A DNA stretch of 63,910 bases, filler included, from Bipalium vagum (GCA_037834085.1; 3 parts of 3 records of this genome joined end to end with filler, not necessarily neighbours in it), one strand, 5' to 3'; positions 44,650 to 58,049 are shown, numbered from the whole stretch's first letter. Notes: generated by a model from the letters alone, not told the origin. A program made the numbers and translations.

Positions 44650-45200
44650 CAGGGTGCGACAAATTGGCAAGAATTTTGAGCTTTAACATTTTTATTTAAA
44701 AATCCATACGTTGTTTAAGTAATCATAAATCCGCATCATTTAAAATTATTGTTCATACATAATTTTCAATTAAATCAGTCATATCCAAATAATTTGAAGT
44801 AAGATCAAGCATTTTGTACAGTTTGCGCGCAGTACGAAATTGTAGAGAAATTTCAGAGTTCAATAATATCCCGTTACGCACAGCGTACCTTATCAAGAAG
44901 GTTTATGATGCAAATCCTGATACTGTCAAAATCAAAAGAAAAGAACATAAAGTGCGGCAAGATCGAACAAGTCCTGCTATGGTTCAGAATATCCATGATC
45001 ATATGAATGAAGGTCCATGAAAGTCAATGAGGTCAATTGCAAGAGAATTTGATCTATCGGAAAAAACAGTTTGAAAGATTGTTGAGAAAAATACGAAATA
45101 TAGGTCATATGCCCTTAGAAAAGGCTAGTTCTTGATACAGAAAGCAAAAGAAGAGCATATGGAAAGAGCTAGGATTTTTTTAATTGCATTTAAAATTGCT
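44650..45200 (+). mobile_element. maT (DD37D)-like element, 5' part
   Basis: TA-CAGGGTG TIR start; SLRAVRNCREISEF...KRKEH...P*KSMRSIAREFDLSEKTV...YRSY. Confidence 0.75.
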
Positions 45201-46323
45201 GATCACAGAAATTAAGTTCGAATGTGTCAATATTTTTCATTAAAAAATACTTAGGCATAATTAATTTGGGGAATATTATTCTTAACGTTTTTTCTAATAT
45301 AAATAGATATAATAAATGCTATTTAATAAAGTGATTTGAAGCTCACTTGAAAAAGCGATGAAAAATGTTACATAACATTTATTTATTTATTCATCTTTTA
45401 TTTTTCAAATCATTGGGTAATAATGAGATTTTAACATTATATTTCCTCTCAAAGTCAAATATATAAATATTATTTATTTTTATATAATTAAATATATATT
45501 TACTTTATAATTAGTCTCATTTAATATTGACTAATCATAAAATAATAATAATAATAATTAAATCATAAAATGTATTAATCCATTATATAATATCACATTT
45601 AATTCAATTTGACTTGAAATATTATAAAAAGGGACATTTATTCATCTGTCTGAAAGATATTTTCCGTTCGTGAAGTCTGAATTTTATTCTCCTTTCTGTC
45701 CCATCCGAAAAGCATCGTTCTCATTGAGTCGTCGTACTTGAGAATTTGGTTATTTGGTCATATTTATGAATAAATATTTGTACTCCCTTTCTGTTTCCCG
45801 CTGGTTTGTTTTTATCGACAAGAAGCTGGAGCAAGAAGAAATTACGAAGACTACAGATAATATAAAATTGGAGTCAGGCATACTGCATAAAATTAGAAAT
45901 GCTTTATTAATTTTGATCCAGAATTTTATGAACTTTGTATACATTGATCTGGTTATAAGAATGAATTACTTATCCGAAACAGAAATTAAAACAAAGTTAT
46001 TATTAGACATTATTATTAGAATAGACTGACAATAGTAGAGTAGATTTAGTAAGTAGATTTACTAAATATATTGAACAACTTAATCTTAAAATACACCTTC
46101 AATGAGATACTCTTATGCTTCTCACTTGAGAGTAAATTATTAGGTACTAGACCAATATGGAGATAAAATGTAACTCATGCTCATCATCTCCATTGTTCCC
46201 ATTTTAGACTCTAAAAATCCTGAGGAAACGAAATAAACTATTTTAATTCCAAACCTCTCATCAAACTTTTGACTCCAATCAAACAAAAACGTAATACAAA
46301 GAAAAGGTTTTCTACTTTTTATA

Positions 46324-47163
46324 TTAGGCTGTTCAGAAAGTTTTGCACGTACTTTGTTATTTATGCATTAAAATTGTAAATAATTCAAATAAATTATTTA
46401 AAAGTATGTATATTGGTCTCTTTAAAGTATTAATCTGTTTTACTTTTGAATAAAACTTTGACTACCTTTTTCCCATTGTAATGTAGGATGTCGTGTCGAG
46501 ATTTGCGCCAAATTTATTTTAATGAAAATGTTTAAAAGTTACTGAAGTTTGGTGCAATGGTACTGTGGATCATTCAACAGTACGAGGTGGTACCAGAAGT
46601 TCCGTAATGGAAATTTATCCCTTGAAGATGCGGAACGAATTGACCGTCTTTCCAAACTTGATATCAAGACTTAAAAGAAAATGGAGAAATGATAACAGCA
46701 GAGAAATACTGCCTAGAAATTGATATTATGCAAAATTTGAAAAGGGTGTAGTCAACATTGATCAATAAAAAAGCCTAATTCTATTTCATGACAATGCCCG
46801 TACACAGATAACAAAACCAAACCATGGATAAGCTGAAAAGCCTAAATTATGAAATTGTGCCACATCCACAGTACTCCCTCGATCTCTTGCCAATTGATTT
46901 CCATTTTTCGAACATTTAGAACATTAGTTGAATTGAAAAAGATTTCAAAACGAAGAGATGCTAAAAGGGGAATTTGAACAGTTCATTGCTTCCAGGTTCT
47001 CTGAATTCTACCGCATAGAAATGGAAAATCTGTCAATTCATTGACAAAAGTGTGTAAGCGCTAGCGGTTTTTTGTTTTAATAAATAAACCTTTTGTTTCA
47101 GCTGACTTATGCTGTTTTAAAATGAATGTACAAAAAACGTGCAAAACTTTCTGAACAATTTAA
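46324..47163 (+). mobile_element. internally deleted mariner with both TIRs
   Basis: TA-TTAGGCTGTTCAGAAAGTTTTGCACGT ... ACGTGCAAAACTTTCTGAACAATTTAA-TA; WYQKFRNGNLSLED, ILFHDNART, PHPQYSLDLLPIDFHF. Confidence 0.88.
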
Positions 47164-48468
47164 TAAAACACTATGGTGATATAATTTTCTAACTACGTGG
47201 ATAAAAAGCCTGGAAAAGGAACTAGATGTTTCCAAAGGAATAAATGGTAAAAATCTGGATATCAGTGGAAAAATATTGCTTGGCATTAATTAAATAAAAT
47301 TTTAATTTATAAATATAAAAAGGAAATAAATCAACGACTAATGTGAAAAGAGTGACTTGTCCCCGAATCGGCCGAGTAAATCAAGCTGGATTTAAAGGAA
47401 GAAACAAATAAAACCATCGCATTATTTATTCATGAATTTCTAAATATTTGAACAATCATTAACCTGACACCAAAAGGGTTGAAAGACAGTTTGTAGAAAT
47501 ATTAAAAAACTTAAATAAATAAAAAACTTTATGAATGTGAGACTTATAATTCCTTCATGTAACTACAGAGAAAGAAAATAAATATTTAGAAGAAATTATT
47601 CTCTATTTTTTCGAGGTTTTTTGTCTCATTTTATATTTTACTGTTCTCTTTTTTGTATTTTTGTAAAGATATCTTATTAAATATTATAATATTTTTTTAT
47701 TAATACCAAAATGAAAATGGAATTCGTAGCACATTTAGGAATTTTCTAACAAAAAATATCCTCTAATTTGAACATTTTATTTTAATAATAAAAAACTTTT
47801 TGTCAGCGACCTTCACATTTTGAAACGGGTTTGTTTGATGCAGATAAATACAGATTTCTCTCTAAATACCAAGTAGATTTTTTTGTTGATTTTAAAGAAA
47901 AATATCTGTCCCCAATACAAATGAATTTTGATATTATTTATGTCTTAAAATGTTTGATTGATTTTCTTTTCTGAAATTCTCTTTAGTAATAAATAATAAT
48001 TAATTAACTCCGGTTATGGTTATAATTGTGTTTTATAATAACATAAAATGACTGATTAAAACAATTTTTATTATAAAAACAAAATGTTTCGGTTATAAGG
48101 CTTACAAGACCCTTTTAAAACACATTCTTGATTCTGAAGAAATCAGCGGTTTTAATGAACAAAGGTCTAATGTTTTTTTTATATCTCTTGAGCTATCGGA
48201 TGGGGAAATATTTCAGAATTTTTGATGAAAATTTTGTAATCAAACAAACTGATTACGTCTATTAACTTTTTTATATAGTAAGACTTGAAACATTTCACAA
48301 AATAGCTTTAGATCTTTGACAGGTTTTGATGTTAGCTTTTAGTTCTTTGAAATTATAATTCTCGTGGAGATTCATATTTCAAAGTTTATATAAAACTTGC
48401 TTTTTGTCTCTCGGTAATACTACAATAATTTTGAGCATTTCTTAATCGACTTTTTCGATACATTACTA

Positions 48469-48700
48469 GAGTGATGCAAAAGTACGTGCTCCAAATTATA
48501 TATATACTTATTTACAACAATAACACTACTCTTCAAAAAAAGTCCACCAGCGTCAATAATTTTACGTCACTGATCTGCTAGCATTTTTATCTGGTCAAAG
48601 TTCCAATGTCTTTGTTTGAATTCGAAAAAATCCTTACAAGCTACCTCAATTTAAGGTCAAATTTTTGAGCACGAGCTTCTTGCAAAACACTTTCATTCCA
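48469..48700 (-). mobile_element. mariner 3' remnant
   Basis: Reverse strand IKMLADQ*RKIIDAGGLF. Confidence 0.45.
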
Positions 48701-48799
48701 CTTTGTGCATAAAGTATATATTACAATACTTAATGATATTAATAAAGCAATCGAACAGGCAATATTAGAAAATAATTGAAAAATAATAATGATAATTTC

Positions 48800-49721
48800 C
48801 TAATTTTTACAATCATTTGGCGTTATCTCCGTTCTCAAGATTTGTATTAGTTGCTGTTCAGAAGTTGGTTGATGGGCAGCAACCTTTTGCTTCATAATAC
48901 ACCATCAGTTTTCGATAACATTTAAGTCCGGTGAATTGCATGGCCAATTTGGAAGAACATTTACTATGTTATCAGTGAACCATTTGCGGACAATCTCTGC
49001 AGTGTGACAAGGAGCTGAATCTTGTTGAATAAATGTAATTTTTGACTTTATTATCAAGGAAACTTATGTATTTTTGAACATTTATTTTCTCGCCTTTTTG
49101 GAATATATGTAGACCAAACGTTCTTTTTACAGTTATTCCTCCCCATAATATCAAAGAGTGAGGATGCTTAACAGTTTTCATGGCAAATTTGAGGTTGAAC
49201 CGCTGGCCTGAAGGTCTTCTGACATAATTGCAACCTGTACTCCTTACTTGTTGGAACATACTTTCATCTGTGAACATACCTTGATGCCACAATTCAGCTT
49301 GTTTGTCCTTCAACTCTTTGCATAATCTGATTCTTCCATCTATTTGAGCTTTTGTCAATAGTGGTTTTTTTGCAGGACGTCTTGCTAATATACCAAAATC
49401 GTTCACCATTCGTCGACTTTCAGAACGTGCACTTATGTCAATGCCTCTTTCCTTTGCCAGCTTGCTAATTCTTGCAGACGACATCATAGGACATGTAACT
49501 ACGGATTTCATAAAACGATCATCACGGGCACTTGTTTTGCGAGGACGTTGACAATTTTTTCTTTTAGTGTTTTTCATCAAACATGCTTTCAATGCATTTT
49601 GTACAGTGCAACGAGATATGTGTAGCTTTTTAGAAATAGCACGCTGAGAATATCCTTCAGATTTCAGAGCTACAATCTGACCTTTTTTGAAATCACATAT
49701 ACCATCTTGTTTATAACCCAT
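48800..49721 (-). mobile_element. Tc1-like (DD34E) transposase, frameshifted
   Basis: ORF 49721-48972 has HTH GYSQRAISKKL, RPRKTSARDDR, KKPLLT, MFTDESMF, TVKHP; a shifted frame gives QQDSAPCHTA and WPCNSPDLNVIEN. Confidence 0.9.
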
Positions 49722-50523
49722 AATCTAAAAACCAAAAAACAAATAAATATAAATTCACAAACTTTTCATTAATTCGATATATTATCAATATCACTTAAAC
49801 ATAATAAATATTTATATGTATGATATTTTGACTTAGTTGTCAATTGTACGTAAAAAAATTTTTTTATGTAACCTTAATTTAATGGAAGTAAAGGTGTGCC
49901 ACTCTTTCGTTTTATCTTTTTTCCGTGGAAAATTTTCTCTAAGTTTCAGTGAAACTCTCAGTTTTAAAAAACTCCACAAGTCAAATTCTGTCGGAGTTTG
50001 ATAATAAGTAAGACATTGCTAAAAATAAAAAATAATTTAAAATAAGTATAAATATTATTGTCATTAATTATGCATTTAAGCCAAACAATTTTTTATATAA
50101 ACCAGGACTAAAAAATGCGCAACTAGGTGATTCGATTAAATAAAATGCTTTTTAATAATACTTTATAGGGTAACAAAATTACGCTTTTATTTATAAAATT
50201 TTAACTTTAATACTCTGCATACCTTTAAGACAATTGAAGAAGTTTTCAGTAATTTCAATCACCTAAAAAATACAAATCTGTTTAAGTATCAAATTTTTTG
50301 TTTAAAATATTATCTTAAAAAATTATTATGAAAATTTTTTTAATTTTAATTAAAAATTTTAAATATAGGCTTGCGAAAAATATAAATTTAAATTTAAACA
50401 AAGTTTCTGGAATGAAAGTGAATGAAGAATGGTGTATTGTTTTATTTCACGAACTTTACCTAATGGGTGTGCATGTAAAATATTTTTAAAAATCAGCACT
50501 ATACTTTGTTTAATTGTCTTTAG

Positions 50524-50828
50524 GTCTTACGGGAAATGCCAACTTAGGAATGGCCTTATTGAACAGATCTTTATTGACAAACGAAAAATCCAATGAAATA
50601 GGAGATAATTCAGGGCTTTCAGAACTCAATATTAAAACAAAATCTGAATTACAATTTACATATGGTCGAAGAGCTGCAGTAATTGACTTCTCAGCGGTTG
50701 ACATGACCTCTTACTCCAATAAAAATTCCATATCGACTGCGAACTCTGTCGAAGAAAACATTGAATTGGACGAGTCAGTTGCAAAAGACCATCCTGATAA
50801 TGAAACAATGAACTCAATAATCTCATAA
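50524..50828 (+). CDS. candidate terminal coding exon of unknown gene
   Basis: Acceptor TTGTCTTTAG, then ~100 open codons of protein-like composition ending in TAA; no recognised domain; phase 1. Confidence 0.35.
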
Positions 50829-50909
50829 TTTTCTATCCCTAAAATTAATTTTCATGTTATTTTTCTCTCAAGAGAAATATCTGGTTAATTAATACTTCAA
50901 ATGTTCTTA

Positions 50910-50934
50910 ACTTATTATTATTATTATTCTTATC

Positions 50935-50982
<48 letters not shown>

Positions 50983-51000
50983 ATTATTATTATTATTTTA
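50910..51000. repeat. (ATT)n microsatellite
   Basis: Direct observation. Confidence 0.9.
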
Positions 51001-51929
51001 TCATTATAACTAATTATAAGTTGTTATCTTTATTATAGTTGCCTTTGTTTTTAATTTTATCATATTTTTACATTATTAATTTTATATTTTACAATACCTA
51101 TGCACTAGTGCTTAAGTAATGTGAAAGAGACCAGAAAGACCCAAAAATGTTTATTCATTGATAAATTTATTTTATTTTGTTCAGACTTAGTTCTTCCGAA
51201 AACCATCAAAATCCGAAATTTATTCACATTAATACATTTAATTTTTCAAATCAATATTTTCAAAATATATTCACAAAAAACAATGTCCATTTTGGTAAAA
51301 ATATTTTTGATCATGTTTAGTTTTCCACCCACTTGGGTTAGATAAAATACTTGATCAAATGCAGTTGGTTAAAATAAAACCCTGTCAGTAATTGGTTATC
51401 AAAAGAACATGGGGCAATGGGTTACAGAAAAACTTCGTCATCAATAAATTTTAAAAGTTGTCACCAAGAGGTTAAGAAAGATGTTATATAAACTCTTATG
51501 CGTGAAAATATTTTTTATCTTAGTCACACAGTAGAAGTACTGCCACTTTGTTATCCATTATAATAACCGTGGTTAAAAGAGGATCATGTATAATGAGTGA
51601 TGAGTGGATAACCTCATCACTCATTATGCTAAGGGTAAAAATTTTACTCATTTCAAAGTCAATCACAAACCTAATTTTTTGAACAAAAAGACCGAAACCA
51701 ATACACAGCAAATTGAATCTATCAGGGAAACATTAAAAAGTAAGACAAAATGTTTTTTAATTGTCCTTTAATTAATTAGAAAAAAACATAGATTGGAAAA
51801 TGTATATTGGTTAGAAGAAAAACATGGGTTGTAAACTAAACATGATCCAAAATTTATTAACTTTATAAGATTTTCTCAATTTGAAAAATCGATAAATTCC
51901 ATTTGTTGCAAACAAGTGGAAATGTACAA

Positions 51930-52385
51930 CAGCCAATCAAACTCGCTTGAAACTATCAAACATGTTGGTGTGTCGATATTTTCCTACTCTCACTCATGGA
52001 ATCTTCATTTTTCTCGGTTTGTAAAACTCAGAAAAATTAATGAAAATGTTGAAAAATTCACTTTCAGCTGTTTTACCATATCTTGACTTTAAAAATCTCA
52101 CAGAATTGTAATTCGATCTGTTTGTATTCAAGGTCAATCTAAAGACGATCAATGCACTATTGAAATAGGATCATTTATCTTGGCACCAACTAATTTAAGG
52201 ATTAATAAAATTACCAGAACATCAACTCAGATCGGTTGGAACCCATAAAATTTTAATTGAAAGCATTCAATTTGGATGAATGACTAAAAAATTCCTAGTG
52301 CTTATCGGGAGGTTACAAAAAAATACCTTTCATACCTGAAACTTCAAAAGTCGAGGACTATCCGATTATTAATTTTACCTAAGTT
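51930..52385 (+). pseudogene. RIMS-binding protein (RIMBP)-like FN3-domain pseudogene fragment
   Basis: From 52096: SHRIVIRSVCIQGQSKDDQCTIEIGSFILAPTNLRINKITRTSTQIGWNP*NFN*KHSIWMND*...YLKLQ, aligning by memory with RIMBP2 YRISVQCVTSRGSSDELQCTLLVGKDVVVAPSHLRVDNITQISAQLSWLPTNSNYSHVIFLN. Three stops (52246, 52258, 52285) and a frameshift near 52092. Confidence 0.7.
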
Positions 52386-52559
52386 TAGTTAATTTGATTT
52401 TAAATCTTAAATAAATTGATAATGGTTACGGTATTAAAGTAATAATAATAAAAGTTTATAATATTACTAATGGAAAAAATGGTAAATTATAATTTCCACT
52501 TTTCCATGTAAAAAAAAATATTTATTTTCCATTAAGAATTTTAGTCAGGAAGCTCAACA

Positions 52560-52925
52560 CATTAATTATTTAGCTCGGGCGAACACATTTGAGCTGAACT
52601 GAATAATTAAATCTCCCGAAGTTTTATTCTCCTAATGGAAGAAGGAAACTGATGGGCCAATCAGGAATAGAAAGATTGTGGGGTTGTTACTGAAGGCAGC
52701 CGCAGAATAAATTATTCATCTAAAGCGACTAAGGTTGGGTTGAGCTGAATAATTGAAACCACGGTGTTTCTGTGTGTGAAAAGAGGCAAGATATCCCTGT
52801 TGAGAGTAGTGATTGCTCGATGGAGGAAAATTTGGAGACAATAATAAACTCTCAGATCTTTCCACAGCCAAAAAAACAGAATTGAACCTAAACAATTTGA
52901 GATTTACAAGATAACATAAATAACA
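52560..52925 (+). repeat. interspersed LTR-like repeat, family 2 (inverted relative to 6871-7290)
   Basis: Colinear similarity with the reverse complement of 6871-7290; ends TAACA. Confidence 0.55.
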
Positions 52926-52989
52926 GTGTGAGATAAATTGAAAATTAGTCGGGAGATGTAGCTCAGCGGTCAGAGCAGTTTATACACAT

Positions 52990-53690
52990 CTGAAAGGTTT
53001 AATAATAAAGTCTCAATAGAACAGGCTTTTGAATGGTTGAATCAAGGAGATTCTCAATGTCTTCAAAATATCTGGTGAAAAAAGACACGTTCGACCAAAT
53101 AATCAAATGAAATCACGCCATAAAATATCAATTAAATTCTAAAAGAATGAAAACGGCATTTGCTTGAAGTACTTCCAACATCTTCACTCAAGCTATCAGA
53201 ACGAAGGGATCATTAAACTCAAAGACTCAAAGGTAATATCCAAAGTTCTCCACAATCTAGTGAAACACGCATGAAACGACAGCTGGAATTCTCAGTCCAG
53301 TGCAGGTCGCTTCGTTTTGTCAATCGGTCAGTCGACGCTTTCAATAACGCCAATTTTCAACGGTGAAATATCAATTGCCACTTGGTATTTCATCCACTGT
53401 GCTCGATCTTTTTTGGATTAATACTCGTCACAGTTCAGTATTCAGAGGATGTCTCATGTTCTCGTTGACTGTCTTTCTTCAGAATATTTACATATTATCG
53501 CCACAATTCAACTCAAGATCACTTGGCAGAGCAAATCAGGCAGAACACAAAGGCAAAAGTCTTAGTCAATGCAGAAAGCCAGTACGTTAATTAAGCCAAG
53601 CGTATAAATCTTCAAATCGAATTTACGTAGCAAAAAGTGTTATTCCTCATCGACGTCAAATGCTCTTATGATACAGAAAACCTAATTAAA
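52990..53690 (+). mobile_element. RLE-type non-LTR retrotransposon 3' remnant (NeSL/Utopia-like)
   Basis: WYFIHCAR (53383), HVLVDC, RHNSTQDHLA (53499), KRINLQI (RPD-equivalent), LIDVKCSYD (to 53672): the order expected for zinc knuckle plus restriction-like endonuclease. Confidence 0.7.
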
Positions 53691-55129
53691 CAATTCCAAA
53701 AAATTATTAACATTAAATATAAAAAAATATTTCATTTGGAAATAATTATTATTTAACTATTTTATCAAAATGGAAAAATATCTTCGGTAAATCATTCCCA
53801 TTTGAAAGATAAAAAGAATCAATTGTCTAAAGCAGTTTCGCTATAATTTGGGAAAATCCATATTCCGGAACTCTGGTGAGGTCATTTTATCCTCCTTAAT
53901 TATAATGAATGTATATTAAAACCTCTCCCTAAGGTCAGTTGACAAAATAATGTCTTCACAAATCTACTGTATACATTTCAGCTGTAAAGTCTAACATGAC
54001 AGATATTTCCTGTTAGATTTTTTATGGTCATCTGAAAATTATATAAAAATCATTTTTAAAAAATTATTAATATTAATCAATTATCTCTAAAAAAAAATAA
54101 ATCGTATTTATGTTTTGTTACTTAATTAAATTTCTAATATAATTAAGAAAAAAATGAATCTTTCATTTGGTTATATATTTTGGTCTAATACATCAAAACC
54201 TTTGATAAATATGAAAGCATTTCTGTTCATTATAAATAAATAATAAACGATTTAAAGAAGAAAATAATAAAATTTTATTAAAATATAATTAAAATTTTGA
54301 TCACTTAAATAAATTTAATTATTATTACTTTTTTGCATTTTACAGTTTTATTTAATTATTATAAAATGACAAAAAAAAATTATTTTTCCATTCTGAATTT
54401 TTCTGTTACCTTTTATTTTTAAGTCTTAATAAAAATAAAAAATAATATATTAAGTTAATTATAGAATGTATTAACATGTTTAATGATACAATATTTTTAA
54501 TAATTTTATATGATATTTATCATTCTTGAGAATTAATAAATATAACTGAAAAAATAATATAATATCATTCATTGATACCAGATTTAATCATTTTAAAATA
54601 TATTCCTCATTTCCTGAAATCTCATTTATTATATTATTTAAACTATTATTTAGTATTACTTTTATTTATTATAAAATAATCAAAATATTAGATATTTAAC
54701 AACATTCTTCAGAATAATAATAAATAACTAATGTTAAATTTGTTTATATTGAATAAAATAAGACTGGATTAATTAATATTTTCTGAATAAATCATTTTTC
54801 TAAGGACATCGTATACATAAGAAGATGTGTACATTATATCTAATCTGTAAGGCCTAAACAAATTTCAATTAAATTTTTAATTGTCAATGACATTGAAAGA
54901 CCTACTACAGAAAATAAATTTCAATTAATTATTTTCCAGGCTACAAGTATAATATTTTATGAAATATTTTATTAGAAATAATTAATATAATAGTTTTACC
55001 GAAATTCCTATCCCAAAATTTAAATACATGGTATACAAAAGCGTTAATATAAATTAATGATTTTTTAAATATATTAATAAATCATTTCTTGTTTAAGTAC
55101 TACATTTGAATTTTTATTACAAACAGCAT

Positions 55130-57086
55130 GAAAACTAATCTCAACCAAATTAAACTTAGACAAGTTATTGAATTTTTCCTAAGTTACGGTTTCTATCAAG
55201 AATAATGCAAAAAGGCTAAAGAGCTGATTTCTTAAAAATCCGTTCTTCTCTATTCGATCAGGAACTGCAAAGGGAACTACGCCAATGTACAAAAAAGATC
55301 AAGCTGAAAATGTTCGGAAGGGTTGCAAGAAGCTGTACAAACAACTGGTACTGTCTGGTGGACAAAAATTAGTGATAATGACTAACGAAACGTGTGTGAC
55401 CTGTGATTCAAGTCAGATTTCATGTGTTGGGTTGGCAAAAAACTCGTCAATAATAATAATAAAATATTAATTAAAGTTGGAATAAATAAATAATGGCGAC
55501 ATAGGATAATAATGGCAATGATGATAACAATAGTGACAATAATAAAGTCTTGGCGTCAAGACTATGAAGCGAAATTGGTAATTTTTGTTGTCATTATTAT
55601 TATTATTTTCTTTTGTAAATAAAGAATTAAACTCCGTTGAAAGAAGTAATTAATTCATTTATCTAACTTTTTCTTGGCGTGGAGACAAATTTAGAAATAA
55701 TGGGCTATTGATGGAAATAGCTGTCTCAAAGCGTAGGGATTGGTGATCGTGGCACAATGACTATATAAAGAGACGCCTATTCCCATAAAATGCCCAATAA
55801 ACATCGAAAATTGATTTTATTCGATTTTGTTAACGTTGGAAGATTGATTTTAATTTTAATATGGTCAACGTCGGAAGATAAAGAAAATTTTCTAAAACGT
55901 CGGAAGAGATTTTATTCCAATCGTCCCAGTTTCCAGTAAATTTTTATATTTATTCAGTCAATGAACATGTAAGAGGATTTACCAAGAGAACTCATCGAGT
56001 TTGGAAATCTCTAGGTGACCTGCGAAGGACCTAGAGGATGACCCAGGGACCCCTTGTTGCTCCTGGTGACACCATTACACTTATTATTTTTACTTATCTA
56101 TTCTTTTCTGATCGTTCTTCTCTTTCGATTCTTAAACTATTATTATCATTTATATTTTTTGTGTGTTTATTATTATAACCATTAACTCGATTTTTGACTA
56201 TTTGACATTAAAGCCATTTTGTTTTGAGTTTTAAACATATCTTTGGGTGATTTGCAAGTGTTGCAGCAAATTTTGTTGTTGCATCAGGCTATTGTTACAT
56301 TTATAATAAAGTTTTATTGTGTTTTAATTCAGTTTTCAGGGTGCGGATAAAATATTATCGTGGGAGTTTTGATTCAAGTTGAGTTTAAGCGAATTATGAG
56401 CAAAACATTATTAAAGTGAGGAGTTACTGATAGACAACCTAAGGTTACTTGGTTAAAGTATAATAGTAATACATGTAATGAGTTTTGGAATGATGTTCGA
56501 AATATGGAAACACCAGCTGATTTTAAAGTTAATAGAAAAGAAAGGTATCTGGCTAATTTTGTGGTCTTGTAAGCAATTTCACAAGATGATCTGATAAGCA
56601 AAAAATCTATTACTAAACGGTGCTTAAAGGTTCATTTCTTGATTTTTTCAAAAACCGGAAAGATAACGGTAAATTTATATTTTGGCCTGACCTAATCACC
56701 AGCCACTACTGTATACCTGTTCAAGCATTTCTCAATGAACAAAAAAATTATTGTGTAGCTAAATCGGACAACATGCCAAATTTTTCATAAGGATGCCCAA
56801 TCGATAAGCTATGGGCATTGTGCAAGGTCGAATACAAAAACTCTAAGAATCTACCAGATTTGAATAAATATTTCAAAGAATGAAAACATATATCAACACT
56901 GGTGGTGATTTTTGTAAAAAGTTGATCGATAGTATGCCCCGTCGAATCAAAGCTTTAATGAGTGTTAAAGGTCAACATACTTATTAACATTATCAAAATC
57001 TTTTTGATTGCTGTTTGTAAATTTTATTTGTAAATTTAATAAGATGATACAAAAGTTTGTGTCCCGATTAATTCCGTCTCTACTGT
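55130..57086 (+). mobile_element. DD37E-type (ITmD37E-like) transposon remnant split by a solo LTR
   Basis: KGCKKLYK..VIMTNETCV; the frame resumes across the LTR (QISC|NEFW..); FWPDLITSHY, DNMPN..CPIDKLWALCK, SMPRRIKA; CTACTG-TA end. Confidence 0.75.
55425..56471 (+). mobile_element. solo LTR (1047 bp, 4-bp TSD CATG)
   Basis: CATG|TGTTGGG...AGTATAATAGTAATA|CATG; the terminus matches AGTATAATAGTAACA of the 17449 copy. ATTGG box, CTATATAAA and AATAAA present. Confidence 0.8.
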
Positions 57087-58049
57087 ACTTTATTAATGAG
57101 TTTTCACTAGACTCAACAGCCGACTAATAATCTTAACCTAGAACTGTCTGTTTATATTTTTTTTAAAAATTTAAATAAATAAATGGTAAGATGTTTTAAT
57201 TTTCAGGTGCAATAAAAATTGTTGAAAATTATAGTTAGAAACGTGAGGTAGCCGTTTTAGATTAGAAAAAAGCGCATGTATACAGGAAAAAATGATTTTA
57301 TAGATTAATTTTTATTTACATTATTTATACATTATCCTTATTAGCCACAATTAAAACGAACTTAATTTTATTATTCATTAATTAAAATTTTTTAAAGTTA
57401 TTGAAGAACTATACATAAAAAATATTTTTAAAAATATCTCGTTAAAAATAATTTTTCAATAACAATAACAAGAGTTACGATCTTCAAAAATTTTTTGAGA
57501 ATACAATACTTATCCAAACCAATTTTATGAAATAAATCAGATAAAGATAAGTGATATACTTCGAAAATATTTTATAAGCCAAAAATTTAAGATTTATTTA
57601 AGCAAACACATTCAACCAAACATTAATCTTGTTATAATTTAACGTCCACAAATTATCCACCGAGATCAGTCATTATATATCCCCAGCAGGCGATTTCATC
57701 TAAATGTGTTCTCAATTTAAAATAAATAATTTTAAGTATTATTAAATAAAATCCAGATAATATAAGAACGGACTAATATCTTCTTTTATTGTTCATTCTA
57801 TATTTACAGAAAAATGGAAAAAAGATAATGATAAAAATGAATTATTGTCTTAGTTTTATTGAAATTGGTAATGAATGAATAAGTTTCCAAAATTTAAAAA
57901 ATTTTTTACCTTTAAATATATTTTTATATTTAATTAAGTAATATTACCAATACTCAAATTCTGAATTTTTATTTGTAATTATTTTTTAAATATTTTATTT
58001 AATTATTAAAATATTTTAAAAAAATATCTCAGTTTGTTGAAATCGCAGC

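Noticed and set aside
52246-52287. Stop-codon reassignment explaining in-frame stops in the RIMBP-like frame
   Set aside because: Stops fall at different expected residues, a frameshift co-occurs, and the intact genes read with the standard code.
52951-53020. Functional tRNA gene
   Set aside because: Only the D-arm resembles tRNA; no T-arm/B box or acceptor-stem partner.
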